NCBI GenBank assembly: GCA_964016885.1
Contig: OZ024741.1
Coordinates: 128,774,001 to 128,838,000, forward strand
Source: Eledone cirrhosa
Taxonomy: Eukaryota
DNA: 64,000 bases
Direction: 5' to 3'
Shown here in pieces: positions 13,415 through 28,900 of this stretch. A program made the translations under genes and the position numbers. The notes beneath the pieces are model-generated. The model had not been told where the DNA came from and searched no databases. It saw nothing but the letters and a program-made list of their open reading frames with translations. Each line of letters starts with the position of its first letter. Within the stretch, counting starts at the first letter, position 1.

Positions 13415-13598
13415 TCATGGATTGGCAGTATCGGTAGAGGGTCGGACGACATGCTTTCCAGCATAGTTACGTCCCTTTACGATCTGAGTTCAAATCCCGC
13501 CAAGGTTGACTTTGCCTTTCATCCTTACGGGGTCGATAAAATAAAGTACCAGTAATGCACTGGGTAATTGCTGGCCTTGTGCCTAAAGTAGAAACAAT
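13415..13598 (+). mobile_element. tRNA-derived SINE (45428 family)
   Basis: ggattggcagtatcggtagagggtcggac ... gagttcaaatcc ... gcctttcatccttacggggtcgataaaataaagtaccag. Confidence 0.9.
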
Positions 13599-13679
13599 TA
13601 TATATATATAATATGTGGACCCATCCAGCCCTTGCTAGCAGGGAAAGTGGAAATTAAACGATGATGATGATGATGATGA

Positions 13680-13722
<43 letters not shown>

Positions 13723-14015
13723 CACACACACACACACAAAGAATCAAACACATGCATACACATATGAGAGTGTATGCAAACAGACCTACACACCTACCTA
13801 CACACACACAAGCCTACACATATACAAACATACAGAAATGGTAAACAAACCCAATAAAAAGAACAGCATTAGCAACAACAATAAAAACAACAACTCAGTA
13901 GCAACAACAACAACACTAGACTGACAGTAACAACAACAGTAACAACAACAATAACAGTAAGAACAACACCAGCACCAGACATACAATGACTACAAGAACA
14001 ACAACAGTAATACCA

Positions 14016-17000
14016 AACTGACAGACAGTGAGACATACTAACACAGACAGACAGTCAGACATACTGAAACAGACAGACTGATAGTGACAGACAAACAGAC
14101 AGACAGTGAGACATACTAACACAGACAGACAGTCAGACATACTGACACAGACAGACTGATAGTGACAGACAAACAGACAGACAGTGAGACATACTAACAC
14201 AGACAGACAGTCAGACATACTGACACAGACAGACTGATAGTGACAGACAAACAGACAGACAGTGAGACATACTAACACAGACAGACAGTCAGACATACTG
14301 ACACAGACAGACTGATAGTGACAGACAAACTGACAGACAGTGAGACATACTAACACAGACAGACAGTCAGACATACTGACACAGACAGACTGATAGTGAC
14401 AGACAAACAGACAGACAGTCAGACATCCTAACACAGACAGACAGTCAGACATACTGACACAGACAGACTGATAGTGACAGACAAACTGACAGACAGTGAG
14501 ACATACTAACACAGACAGACAGTCAGACATACTGACACAGACAGACTGATAGTGACAGACAAACAGACAGACAGTCAGACATACTGACACAGACAGACAG
14601 TCAGACATACTGACACAGACAGACAGTCAGACATACTGACACAGACAGACTGACAGACAGTCAGACATACTGACACAGACAAAATGACTGTCAGACATAC
14701 TAACACAGACAGACTTACAGACATCCTAACACAGACAGACAGACTGACAGACATCCTAACACAGACAGACATCCTAACACAGACAGACAGACTGACAGAC
14801 ATCCTAACACAGACAGACATCCTAACACAGACAGACAGACGACAGACAGACGACAGACAGACAGACATCCTAACACAGACAGACATCCTAACATAGACAG
14901 ACAGACTGACAGACATCCTAACACAGACAGACTGACAGACATCCTAACATAGACAGACAGACTGACAGACAGACATCCTAACACAGACAGACATCCTAAC
15001 ACAGACAGACAGACAGACAGACATCCTAACACAGACAGACTGACAGACATCCTAACACAGACAGACATCCTAACACAGACAGACAGACGACAGACAGACA
15101 GACATCCTAACACAGACAGACAGACTGACAGACATCCTAACACAGACAGACATCCTAACACAGACAGACAGACGACAGACAGACAGACATCCTAACACAG
15201 ACAGACATTCTAACACAGACAGACAGACGACAGACAGACAGACAGACATCCTAACACAGACAGACAGACTGACAGACATCCTAACACAGACAGACAGACT
15301 GACAGACATCCTAACACAGACAGACAGACTGACAGACATCCTAACACAGACAGACATCCTAACACAGACAGACAGACGACAGACAGACAGACATCCAAAC
15401 ATAGACAGACATCCTAACACAGACAGACAGACGACAGACAGACAGACATCCTAACATAGACAGACATCCTAACACAGACAGACAGACGACAGACAGACAG
15501 ACATCCTAACACAGACAGACAGACTGACAGACATCCTAACACAGACAGACATCCTAACACAGACAGACAGACGACAGACAGACAGACATCCTAACACAGA
15601 CAGACAGACGACAGACAGACAGACATCCTAACACAGACAGACAGACTGACAGACATCCTAACACAGACAGACAGACTGACAGACATACTAACACAGACAG
15701 ACATCCTAACACAGACAGACAGACGACAGACAGACAGACGTCCTAACATAGACAGACAGACTGACAGACATCCTAACACAGACAGACAGACTGACAGACA
15801 TCCTAACACAGACAGACAGACTGACAGACATCCTAACACAGACAGACAGACTGACAGACATCCTAACACAGACAGACATCCTAACACAGACAGACAGACG
15901 ACAGACAGACAGACGTCCTAACATAGACAGACAGACTGACAGACATCCTAACACAGACAGACAGACTGACAGACATCCTAACACAGACAGACAGACTGAC
16001 AGACATCCTAACATAGACAGACAGACTGACAGACATCCTAACATAGACAGACAGACAGACAGACATCCTAACACAGACAGACAGACTGACAGACATCCTA
16101 ACATAGACAGACAGACAGACAGACATCCTAACATAGACAGACAGACTGACAGACATCCTAACACAGACAGACATCCTAACACAGACAGACAGACGACAGA
16201 CAGACAGACGTCCTAACATAGACAGACAGACTGACAGACATCCTAACACAGACAGACAGACTGACAGACATCCTAACACAGACAGACAGACAGACAGACA
16301 TCCTAACACAGACAGACAGACTGACAGACATCCTAACATAGACAGACAGACTGACAGACATCCTAACATAGACAGACAGACAGACAGACATCCTAACACA
16401 GACAGACAGACTGACAGACATCCTAACATAGACAGACAGACAGACAGACATCCTAACATAGACAGACAGACTGACAGACATCCTAACACAGACAGACATC
16501 CTAACACAGACAGACAGACGACAGACAGACATCCTAACATAGACAGACAGACTGACAGACATCCTAACACAGACAGACAGACGACAGACAGACAGACATC
16601 CTAACATAAACAGACAGACTGACAGACATCCTAACACAGACAGACAGACTGACAGACATCCTAACACAGACAGACAGACTGACAGACATCCTAACATAGA
16701 CAGACAGACAGACAGACATCCTAACACAGACAGACAGACTGACAGACATCCTAACACAGACAGACAGACTGACAGACATCCTAACACAGACAGACAGACG
16801 ACAGACAAACAGACATCCTAACATAGACAGACAGACTGACAGACATCCTAACACAGACAGACAGACTGACAGACATCCTAACACAGACAGACATCCTAAC
16901 ACAGACAGACAGACGACAGACAGATAGACATCCTAACATAGACAGACAGACTGACAGACATCCTAACACAGACAGACAGACTGACAGACATCCTAACACA

Positions 17001-19365
17001 GACAGACAGACTGACAGACATCCTAACATAGACAGACAGACTGACAGACATCCTAACACAGACAGACATCCTAACACAGACAGACAGACGACAGACAGAC
17101 AGACATCCTAACATAGACAGACAGACTGACAGACATCCTAACATAGACAGACAGACAGACAGACATCCTAACACAGACAGACAGACTGACAGACATCCTA
17201 ACATAGACAGACAGACTGACAGACATCCTAACACAGACAGACATCCTAACACAGACAGACAGACGACAGACAGACAGACAGACATCCTAACACAGACAGA
17301 CAGACTGACAGACATCCTAACATAGACAGACAGACAGACAGACATCCTAACACAGACAGACAGACTGACAGACATCCTAACATAGACAGACAGACTGACA
17401 GACATCCTAACACAGACAGACATCCTAACACAGACAGACAGACGACAGACAGACAGACAGACATCTTAACACAGACAGACAGACGACAGACAGACAGACA
17501 TCCTAACATAGACAGACAGACTGACAGACATCCTAACATAGACAGACAGACTGACAGACAGACATCCTAACACAGACAGACAGACTGACAGACATCCTAA
17601 CACAGACAGACATCCTAACATAGACAGACAGACAGACGACAGACAGACAGACAGACATCCTAACACAGACAGACAGACGACAGACAGACAGAAATCCTAA
17701 CACAGACAGACAGACTGACAGACATCCTAACACAGACAGACAGACGACAGACAGACAGACATCCTAACACAGACAGACAGACTGACAGACATCCTAACAC
17801 AGACAGACATCCTAACACAGACAGACAGACAGACAGACTGACAGACATCCTAACATAGACAGACAGACTGACAGACATCCTAACATAGACAGACAGACTG
17901 ACAGACAGACATCCTAACACAGACAGACAGACTGACAGACATCCTAACACAGACAGACATCCTAACACAGACAGACAGACGACAGACAGACAGACAGACA
18001 TCCTAACACAGACAGACAGACGACAGACAGACAGACATCCTAACACAGACAGACAGACTGACAGACATCCTAACATAGACAGACAGACTGACAGACAGAC
18101 ATCCTAACACAGACAGACATCCTAACACAGACTGACAGATGACAGACAGACAGACAGACATCCTAACATAGACAGACAGACTGACAGACATCCTAACACA
18201 GACAGACAGACTGACAGACATCCTAACATAGACAGACAGACTGACAGACATCCTAACATAGACAGACAGACTGACAGACATCCTAACATAGACAGACAGA
18301 CATCCTAACACAGACAGACAGACGACAGACAGACAGACAGACATCCTAACACAGACAGACAGACTGACAGACATCCTAACATAGACAGACAGACTGACAG
18401 ACATCCTAACACAGACAGACAGACAGACTGACAGACATCCTAACACAGACAGACAGACTGACAGACATCCTAACATAGACAGACAGACTGACAGACATCC
18501 TAACATAGACAGACAGACTGACAGACAGACATCCTAACACAGACAGACAGACTGACAGACATCCTAACATAGACAGACAGACTGACAGACATCCTAACAC
18601 AGACAGACAGACAGACTGACAGACATCCTAACACAGACAGACAGACTGACAGACATCCTAACATAGACAGACAGACTGACAGACATCCTAACATAGACAG
18701 ACAGACTGACAGACATCCTAACACAGACAGACAGACAGACTGACAGACATCCTAACATAGACAGACAGACTGACAGACATCCTAACACAGACAGACAGAC
18801 AGACTGACAGACATCCTAACACAGACAGACAGACTGACAGACATCCTAACACAGACAGACAGACTGACAGACATCCTAACATAGACAGACAGACTGACAG
18901 ACAGACATCCTAACACAGACAGACAGACTGACAGACATCCTAACACAGACAGACAGACAGACTGACAGACATCCTAACACAGACAGACAGACTGACAGAC
19001 ATCCTAACATAGACAGACAGACTGACAGACATCCTAACATAGACAGACAGACTGACAGACATCCTAACACAGACAGACAGACAGACTGACAGACATCCTA
19101 ACATAGACAGACAGACTGACAGACATCCTAACACAGACAGACAGACAGACTGACAGACATCCTAACACAGACAGACAGACTGACAGACATCCTAACACAG
19201 ACAGACAGACTGACAGACATCCTAACATAGACAGACAGACTGACAGACAGACATCCTAACACAGACAGACAGACTGACAGACATCCTAACACAGACAGAC
19301 AGACAGACTGACAGACATCCTAACACAGACAGACAGTGACAGTCAGATAGACAGACAGACAGACA
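14016..19365. repeat. 5.3-kb (GACA)-based compound satellite
   Basis: 78-bp units at ~14028-14640, then 18/30/34-bp units built on catcctaaca(c/t)agacagacagactgacaga. Confidence 0.97.
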
Positions 19366-19750
19366 AACCAAACAGTAGAACATACCTGGCCATTATGTTT
19401 GTTTTTATAGATGTTTACTCACTGTAATCTTTATGTCAAACATTTAACTGCCACTACTTCTTGTTAGGAGGTGTGGGTGAGTATGTGTAAACGATGTGGT
19501 GGTGGTGTGGTGGTGGTGTGGTGTAAGGGTGCATAGTAGTGTGGTGGAATGTTCAAGGAGAACCCTAACCCCACCCGCCCTTACACACACACACCCTCCT
19601 CTGATCCCAACTCCACCCTATTTACCTGACATTCAGTCAGGTTATTTTGGTTTTGTTGAAATGCTGGCTGTATTGTTTGTTTGTATGTATTAGCGTGTGT
19701 AAGTGTGTGTGTGTGTGTATATATATATACATATATACATATACATACGC

Positions 19751-19783
<33 letters not shown>

Positions 19784-19798
19784 TACATATATACATAT

Positions 19799-19924
<126 letters not shown>

Positions 19925-20304
19925 AAAGAGACAAACACAGAAAGAGAAAGAGTAGCAGAAAAACAGAGAGAGAGAGAGAATGATATACATAGAGAGAGAA
20001 GGAAAGTAAAAATTTAGTATGGATGTGAAGGGGGAGGAAGGACTCAATACAGAAATAGAGTGTAAATATTTATCGTAGTGTTGAGGTTTGACAGAGATTA
20101 AGAATGCGATGGTGTATGGATGAACCTAACAGGAACTATGGCATTTCAAAGCAAAATATATGACCAGGATGTAGCTTGGTCATACATTTGATTTTTGTCA
20201 TATTTTTTTTCAGCTGAATGTCATTCCTAATGCCAACCACTTTACAGAGTGAACTGGGTGTATTTTATTGTGGCACCAGCTTACAAACTGTACTGAGTGC
20301 ATTC

Positions 20305-20665
20305 AATAAATGTTTGATGAATCAGAGTCTGATGAAACAAATGTTTGATGAAACAAATATTTGATGAAACATCTTTGATGTGTTTGAAGAAAAATAAATG
20401 TTTGATGAATCAAAGTCTGATGAAACAAATATTTGATGAAAAATCAAAGATGTGTTTGAAGAGAAATAAATATTTGATGAGACATCAGTTTAATGAAACA
20501 AATGTTCAATGTCATCTTCTCCAATAAAACATTTTGAAGAAACATGAATGAGACAAATATTTAACGGTGTATGTTTGAGGAAAAAAAAATAAATATTTGA
20601 TGAAACCTCAGAGTCTGATGAAACAAATGTTTGATGAAAAATAAATGTTTGCTGAAACAAATATT
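20305..20665. repeat. Degenerate tandem repeat of tgtttgatgaaacaaa
   Basis: About 20 diverged copies of the motif; may be internal repeats of an old DNA transposon. Confidence 0.75.
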
Positions 20666-20685
20666 TTCTAAAATAATAAAATCAT

Positions 20686-20746
<61 letters not shown>

Positions 20747-21954
20747 AGGAAGATAGACAGAGAGAGGAGAGTGGGAGAGAAAGGTAGAGAACATGTGAGG
20801 AAGAGAAACAGGGAGAGGAGAGTGGGAGAGAGAGAGAGGATGAAAGGCAAAGTTAACTTTGGTGGGATTTGAACTCAAGAGCATAGAGACCTGGAATGAA
20901 TCCCACAAGACATTCTAGGTAGTGCACTACACACCCATACATAAATATACACACGTGCACGCATGTGCACACATACATACACACATACATAAAAACACAC
21001 ACACACACACAGCTGTGTGAACAGGCAGGCACTCATAAATCAAGAATTTGAGTAACTATTGCAATGTCATGTGGAAAGTGTATAGGAAGTGGTGGGGGGT
21101 GATGAAAGTTTTAAGAATGGTGGTAGTGATGGTGGTGGTAGCGTTGATAGTGGGGGGGAGGGGTTGTGAAAGTTTTGGGAATGGTGGTGGTGAAGGTGGT
21201 GATTGTGGTGTGTTAGTGGTTATGGTAGTGATGGTGATAGTAGTGATGAAGGTGGTGGTAATAGGGGAGGTGGTAGCGGTGAGGTGAATAGTGGTGGTTG
21301 CATTGTGTTAGTGGTTATGGTAGTGATGATGGTGGTAGTAATATTAGCAGTGGTGGTCTATGAATGTGTATGTAGTGGTGGTGATAATGATGGTGGTGAT
21401 GGTCTGTGTGTGCATATATGTGGATGGTGGAGGGAGGGAGGAGTATGCCCTCTCCCACCTAATACTTATAACCCTTGTGTGTTAAGCAAAGTAGGTTTGG
21501 AGAGGGCGAAAATAAATGTACCTCAGCTGTGAACAAATTTGCTTACCACTGTACAGGGTCACTGATACACCAAACACCTGTTTACTTTATGTCAAAACCT
21601 GCCACTATCCAGGCTTCCCCATACAACACCACTAAATCCTCATGAATGTATGTATGTATGTGTGTGTGTGTGTCTATATATATATATATATTATATCATC
21701 ATCATCATTTTTACGTCTGGCTTTCTATGTTTGCATGGGTTGGACGGATCCTTTTCACCACAGCATCTCTCCACTCATCGCGATCTTTTGTCATCTCCTC
21801 TATGAGTCTCAGCAATTTGCGATAACCTCTCACCACTTCTGCCCAAAAGCTAAACCTAGCCAGGCAAGTTTATGCCTTCCTTTATACCCACTCTGCTTTT
21901 TCCCATGCTTAGAGTATTTGCCTGGTTTGTGGTCTCCCTAGTCTCGGCATCACA

Positions 21955-22495
21955 AATTATATATAAAGAGAGAAAGAGGCCAGAGAGAAATGTAGGCAAT
22001 TTAAGAATAAAGGAAACCTCACTTATACGTAGACTCAACCCTCAAATCAGTAACAGAATGGAACTCAGCACACAATACTTGACATAAAAGGACACATCCA
22101 CATGCACACACATGCAACCTAAACAACAATTTACACAAGAAATTTGATTCCCTAAGATATTACATATGGCAATTGATGTCATCCTCTTGCTTCTCGTGAA
22201 TACTACAGCAAAAGTCAAACAACACTTGAAAGCAGTTTATAAATTTTAAATTTAAACCTATTTTAAAGCGAATAGCCAAGAACATTTTTTCTGTGAGAGT
22301 TCCTTATACTATGGTGAAGGTAATTGTAAGTCCTGAAATAGTGGGATAAAAGAAATGACGAACAAAAATAAAGATTACCAAGCAACTAACTTTTTCGTGT
22401 CCTTCATCTTACCGTCCATTTTGCATTGCTTAGCCTTCTTACATAAATCACTTTCCACATTATATTCAAAGTTTCAAGCAAAATACAACATTTTA
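21955..22495 (+). mobile_element. Penelope-like element 3' fragment (GIY-YIG C-terminus plus 3' repeat)
   Basis: LRIKETSLIRRLNPQISNR resembles the IKE...I....P.LN end of PLE endonucleases. Decayed hammerhead downstream (atggtgaagg..cctgaaatagt, 22311-22342). Confidence 0.65.
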
Positions 22496-22496
22496 T

Positions 22497-22527
<31 letters not shown>

Positions 22528-22529
22528 CC

Positions 22530-22686
22530 CGGGTTTAATCGGCGGTAACCACAGTAAGTAAGGTACTCAATACATAGCAGAGTATAAATTTTTGATATAG
22601 AAATGGCTTCTACAGGACTAGAACTGTTTCATTCGAAGGAAATCAATGAAACAGTTCTAGTCTTGTAGAAGCCATTTCTATATTAA

Positions 22687-22687
<1 letters not shown>
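22530..22687 (-). mobile_element. PLE remnant hairpin (arms 22591-22633 / 22645-22687), same family as 43940-44118
   Basis: atagaaatggcttctacaggactagaactgtttcatt and its inverse; flanked by microsatellite. Confidence 0.8.
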
Positions 22688-22719
<32 letters not shown>

Positions 22720-23512
22720 CAAAAGGTAAACAGAAATAACAACACAATCAGTACAGTATATGGAAGGAATATATTAGGTTAACGCTTGAAATAACAGGAA
22801 GAACTAGTCCTTCATCAGAAGAAAGTATGAGAAATAAGATGGATTGAAGGTACATGAGATGGATTGAATTTGAAAAAATGTCTTTAGATAAAAATAACAG
22901 GTCCATTCATGTTGACAAATTTTAACAAAAAGAGGACAAGACACCAAATGGAAACAAGGCAAAACGAAAAACAATTTTTTAAGGGGTAAAACTTAAAAAT
23001 TATTTTTTAAATACAAACAAAGAACTCAGAACTCCAGGGTCATCAGCCATTGAGATGAAACTTTGGCAGTTTCGACCCCTACCAATGGTACTGCTGTTCC
23101 ACCCGGTGTCACAGTGTCTGACATAAGTCAAACACTGTACAGTGGAATAAGAGACAAAAGAAAAACATTAATTTATAGCAATTAAGCAACTACATATATA
23201 ATTTTGTGACATCAAGGAAAAAGTGTGGTACCTCTTGTAGCACGAGAGTCATGGAAAAACAAAGAAAAAAGGAAGAAAAAATAAGAAAGTAAGATATTGT
23301 GTTAAAAAATGTAAGCCATTGCAATAAATGAGGGTGGGGATATAACATATATGTCACATTAGTATTGATAAACTTTTAAAACTTCTCCCCTTTGGTGTCA
23401 AGTCAGGTGACACTGAAGGCTGAGTTTACCTCTGCAGTGGCTGAAGTACATCAGGGAAGTAGGTTGATAGGTGACATGTGTATGTATGCATGTATGTATA
23501 TATGTATGTATA

Positions 23513-23565
<53 letters not shown>

Positions 23566-23570
<5 letters not shown>

Positions 23571-23714
23571 AACCAGTAAGACCCTGTCGAAACGGCTTGA
23601 GCTCAGCTGTCAGCTGTCGGGGTCTTACTGGTTCCTATTACCCACTCTACTACCTCAAGTATTGAGTACTTTGGTGCGTTATGGTCCACCTGGTTCCCTA
23701 CCACATTTCCTTCG

Positions 23715-23718
<4 letters not shown>
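23566..23718 (+). mobile_element. PLE remnant with short inverted arm and hammerhead 3' half
   Basis: ataggaaccagtaagaccc / gggtcttactggttcctat arms; GAAAC-GGCT tgagctc AGCT-GTC at 23589-23611. Body related to 5841-5921 and 39960-40146. Confidence 0.7.
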
Positions 23719-23796
<78 letters not shown>

Positions 23797-24299
23797 AAAT
23801 GAAGTAATTCCGTCGGAAAGGTCCAGGAAAAAAGAGTGCTCTATGTAGGTTACAGAGCTTAATAGTTATGTAATAAACAACATAAGATAATTATTTCATA
23901 TTCTGATGACTGAAAGCAAATTTCGTTTGCCACTGTGTGTGTGTATGTATGTATGTATGCATGCATGTATGTAATGTATGTGTATATATATATATACACA
24001 TACATTATGTCTGAACATATATAGATATATGTATGTGTGTACATATCTATATATATATGTATGTGTGTACGCATCTATGTATGTGTGTATGTATATATAT
24101 ATATATATATGTCTGTATGTATGTATATAAGTATATATATATATATAATGCCAACACTGCTCCATGCATTTCTAATTTATCATTTATCTATTGCTTTTTC
24201 TTAATGATGATAATGTGTTATATATATATCATCATCATCATCGTTTAACGTCCATCTTCTACGCTAGCATGGGTCAGACAGTTTTGTTTCATTTGATGC

Positions 24300-24467
24300 G
24301 CCGTTATAAGGAAATTCTCTGAGTATAAAAAAAAATTCATTATAATGAAACATTCTTTATAACAAGATCGACCTAACATGTCGAGCTTGTGGGTGGGGAT
24401 TGAAAAACATTTTGTTATATTGAAAAATTCGTTAAAATGGTATTCGTTATAAGGGAATTTTACCTGT
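24300..24467. mobile_element. Partial pogo/Tigger-like MITE end
   Basis: Repeated cgttataa motifs ending ttcgttataagggaattttacctg; no matching left end seen. Confidence 0.5.
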
Positions 24468-24498
24468 TATATATATTGTATCCTTTTTCTTTAAGCAG

Positions 24499-24581
24499 TT
24501 TTTCGAAGTTTACAATCGTGGCCAGGAAGAGTTTGCTGTGATAAAAGTTTCCAAGCAACATGTTCTGCTGCTTGTCCAATT
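24499..24581 (+). CDS. RECK: RECK exon (CC2 first half), VFRSLQSWPGRVCCDKSFQATCSAACPI
   Basis: tcctttttctttaagcag acceptor, gtaagt donor, 83 nt. W-x-G-x-x-CC..C...C pattern matches human VFKKSDGWVGLGCCELAIALECRQACKQ. Confidence 0.92.
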
Positions 24582-25715
24582 GTAAGTTGTACATCTCAGT
24601 TATTTTGTTATTCAGAGCATCATCATCATCATCACTGCCATGGCCATAATCATCATCATCATAATGGCCATAATCATGATGATGATCATCATCATCATAA
24701 TGGTCATAATCATAATCATCATTACCATCATGGCCATTATCATAATCATCATCATCATATGATTGTTGAATGCTGAGATGTAAACACATCGTCCACAGGT
24801 GCATATCAGCAAGAGCAAACTTTGCATTCAAACTTCCTCTCTAATGAAAATGTATTGAATAATAACCTTTTTGTACCTTTGAAATGTGCATAACAGGATG
24901 ATGTAATGGATTAAAATGATGTTGAATATGTGACAACGTCTCTCTTCCTCTTCTTAATATTAATACTTCACCTGATACCAAAGACATAATACCTAGTGGC
25001 ATGCATGACATCGAGTACTTCCACCCGATTACAACATTGCTGGTCGATTGATTGGGTCAGCACTGATTAACATATATATATACTTATATATATATATTCA
25101 AAATAGGGAGCGCACATGACAAAGATAATGGAAAAAGACGGACAATCCCATCTCCTCAGTCAACCTCTGGAAATCATTACGGTTTTGGTGTATTAAGGTC
25201 AATACCATTCATTCGAGTGCACACTAGGACATAACAAAACAGGTAGAGACAAGTTATACCTTTAGGCAAATCACAAACACACACATATCTGTGTGTGTGT
25301 TAAAGTGCATAGCTTAGTGGTTAGAGCACTAGGCTTGCAATCGGACTGGGAGGTGCATTGTGTCCTTGAGCAAGGCACTTTATTTCATGTTGCTCCAATT
25401 TACTCAGTTGTAAACAAAAGTTGTGACATCACTGCTGCCAAGCTGTATTGACCATTGCCTTTCTTTTGAATAACATTGGTGACATGGAGAGAGGAGACCA
25501 GTATGCTTGGGTGACTGCTGGTCTTCCACAAACAACCGAGCCTAGACTTGTGACTCTGAGGGGAATTTCCTATATGCAAGTGCCATTGTCATTCATGAAG
25601 AGGGTCTACATACATATATATATATATATATTATACATATATATATTATACATATATATGTGTATATATGTAATTATACGTTTGTGTATATATTTATATA
25701 TATGTATATATGTCT

Positions 25716-25750
<35 letters not shown>

Positions 25751-26662
25751 CGTGTATATATATACATATATATGGCCGATAGTTCTACATTGAAACGTAC
25801 GTAGAGTAAAATCATGTTATAAGTCTAAATTGGTTATTCACTTTTAATTTATTATATATAATTTATTATATATAAGGACGTTACAATCCCTATATGCATA
25901 TATATCATCAACATCATTTAACATCTGGTCTCCTTGCTGAATATATATGTGAGTGAGTGTGTGTGTGTGTGATTGTCCATGCCTGTGGCATACATTTACT
26001 GTTTATTTATGTCTGTAATTTAGCAGTTCGATAAATAGAGATCGATAAATAGAGATCGGTAAATCAAGCACCAGACTTTCAAAAAAAAAAAATGTATTAG
26101 GGTTGATAAAAGAAAAACAGCAGGTGCCCCAGCATGGCCTGCAGTTCAATGACTGAAACTAGTAAAAGAATAAAAGAATAACACTCTAAACCTAACACAC
26201 CCAACCTCCTCTTACATCCCCACCTACACACATACACATACACATACACAGAGCATCTGGAATTGGTGAGGAAGATATATAATGCAAGGTCTATATCTAT
26301 ACTCTGCCCCACTTCCACCCTGTATTGCCCCAATCCTTCTGGCATGGTGAGATGTTAATGTATAGTGGGTGTAACGAGGGTGGGGGGTTATGGTGGGAAA
26401 CCAGGGGTGCGGGTGGATTTGTAATTCCTGTCTGCTGTTAAACACGCCCCACCCTTATAGCCTTCATCCCTACCATTAGAGAGAAAAAAAAAACATGGTG
26501 ATTTTTTTTTATCTTAAAATCTTCTGGCATTTCAGATAGACAACATCTGGACAGACACCCTGGCTATCTTAAGATGCCAGTTGTTGCTGCATATGTGTAT
26601 ATGTATATGTGTGCTGCATGTTGTATCCTTATGCTGTGTAGTTATATATATATATGTATATG

Positions 26663-26775
<113 letters not shown>

Positions 26776-26814
26776 GCATATATATATATGTATGTATATG
26801 TATGTATATATATG

Positions 26815-26847
<33 letters not shown>

Positions 26848-26942
26848 GCATATATATATATATATGTATGCATATATATATGTATGTATATATATATATG
26901 TATGTATGTATGTATGTATATGTATGTATATATATATATATG

Positions 26943-26980
<38 letters not shown>

Positions 26981-27172
26981 CATATATATGTATGTATATA
27001 TATATGTATGCATATATATATATATGTGTATATATATATATGTATGTGTATATATATATATATATATGTGTGTATGTATGTATATATATGTATATATATA
27101 TATATATGTATGTATATATATATGTGTGTATATATATATGTATATATATATGTATATATATATACATACATA

Positions 27173-27207
<35 letters not shown>

Positions 27208-27642
27208 TACATACATACATGTGTGTGTGAGTTTATCATCCTCATTAGCTCATTTATTTTTTCCTTACACATGTTTATGCTTGCTTGTGTGCGCTTAAAT
27301 GAATAAATGTTTAAATATACTTTATATATATATATATATGCATATATATGTATGAATACACACACATACACACACACACACACATATATATATATATTTA
27401 TATCATCATTGTTTAATGTCTATATATATATATATATATATAATAAAATGTATAGCTATGCATGTTTGTGTTTTTGTATTTAGAGATAAAAACAATATGA
27501 TATACAGCCGACAAGCTACAAATAGTTTAACGCGGAAGGCACTCAGTCAGGAACAGTCAGTCTGTGAACCATGTTTTGAAATACTACGAAACAATATTTT
27601 GAGGAAATAAATGCTTCTGCTTTGGTTAACATACATAACACA

Positions 27643-28169
27643 TAGATGTTTGGAAGTATTACCTCCCCCTGAATATCTTGATATTACTTAAATGGTTAAA
27701 AGGTAATACCTCCCCCTGACTGTCTCAATTGTTACTTAGATAGTTAAAAGGTATTACTTCCCACTGAATGTCTCAATTTTTACTTAGATGGTTAGAAAGT
27801 ATTACCTCCTCCTTGAGTGTCTCAATTGTTACCTAGATGGTTAAAGGGTATTACTTCCCCCTGAATGTCTCAATTGTTATTTAGATGGTTAAAAGGTATT
27901 ACCTCCCCCTGACTGTCTCAATTGTTACTTAGATGGTTAAAAGGTATTACTTCCCACTGAATGTCTCAATTGTTACTTAGATGGTTAGAAAGTATTACCT
28001 CCTCCTTGAGTGTCTCAATTGTTACTTAGATGGTTAAAGAGTATTACTTCCCCCTGAATGTCTCAATTGTTATTTAGATGGTTAAAAGGTATTACCTCCT
28101 CCTTGAGTGTCTCAATTGTTACTTAGTTGGTTGAAAGGCATAACCTCCACCTGAATGTCTCAATTGTTA
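27643..28169. repeat. 48-bp minisatellite, ~11 copies, with 4-unit higher-order structure
   Basis: Unit ttacttagatggttaaaaggtattacctccccctgactgtctcaattg; variants recur in the order A-B-C-D-A-B-C-D-C. Confidence 0.95.
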
Positions 28170-28416
28170 AGGATGGAATTGTTGGGAAAAATGAGAATTG
28201 GAAAATATAAAAATATAGAAATAGTTATTTCCAGATTCAACAATGGGGTAAGAGTGATCCTATTAATTTTGGGAAATAGGTGGCAGTAGAGAGAAGAAGG
28301 TAGATGTTAAAAAAAATTAAAAAAAAGATAGGAGAATGAAGAAAAGTATGTGTGCATTCAGTTCACTACCTAGTTTTATAAGTGTCTGTATTTTTTTATT
28401 ACCTCTGATTTGCTGT

Positions 28417-28900
28417 TTAAATAGAGGTCTTAAACCAGTAAGTTTTTGAGGATTTTTCTTTTCTCTGTCATACAAAGATCACATCTGTTGCTTCCATTCT
28501 TGCAAGGTTTATATATTTGAATAATTCCACATCATCATCACAATCCCCACCATCATTATTACAATAGTCTGTGCCACTATCATGATTATCATCATTACCA
28601 GAATCCCTGCCATCATTATTTCAAGTTTAATCTTTAATGCACTGTCGGCCACAAATCGTGACAATAGAGTAATCTCCCCTTAATACATAATGCAGTGTCA
28701 AGGGAAGCAATTCATTAAAAAAATCAGCGTGCTGAAGATTAAATAGGTCTTGACTCTGAACATTTTTGAGGATTTTTCTTTTCTCTGCAATACAAAGATG
28801 ACATCTATTGCTTCCAGTCTTGTAAGGTTTACATATTTGAATAATTCTTCACCTTCATCATTATCATCATCATCACAATCTCCTCCATCATTATAACAAT
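28417..28900. repeat. Diverged ~150-bp direct duplication (28417-28565 / 28739-28900)
   Basis: tttttgaggatttttcttttctctg..atacaaagat.acatct.ttgcttcca.tcttg.aaggttta.atatttgaataattc in both. Confidence 0.85.

Noticed and set aside
14700-19325. Interstitial telomeric repeat (CCTAA)
   Set aside because: The motif never occurs in tandem and derives from catactaac in the adjacent 78-bp unit.
23083-23134. Minus-strand exon-like segments (also near 21547-21577, 32283-32311, 32440-32548, 59300-59390)
   Set aside because: I could not assemble them into a phase-compatible or recognisable protein, and the splice sites are weak.
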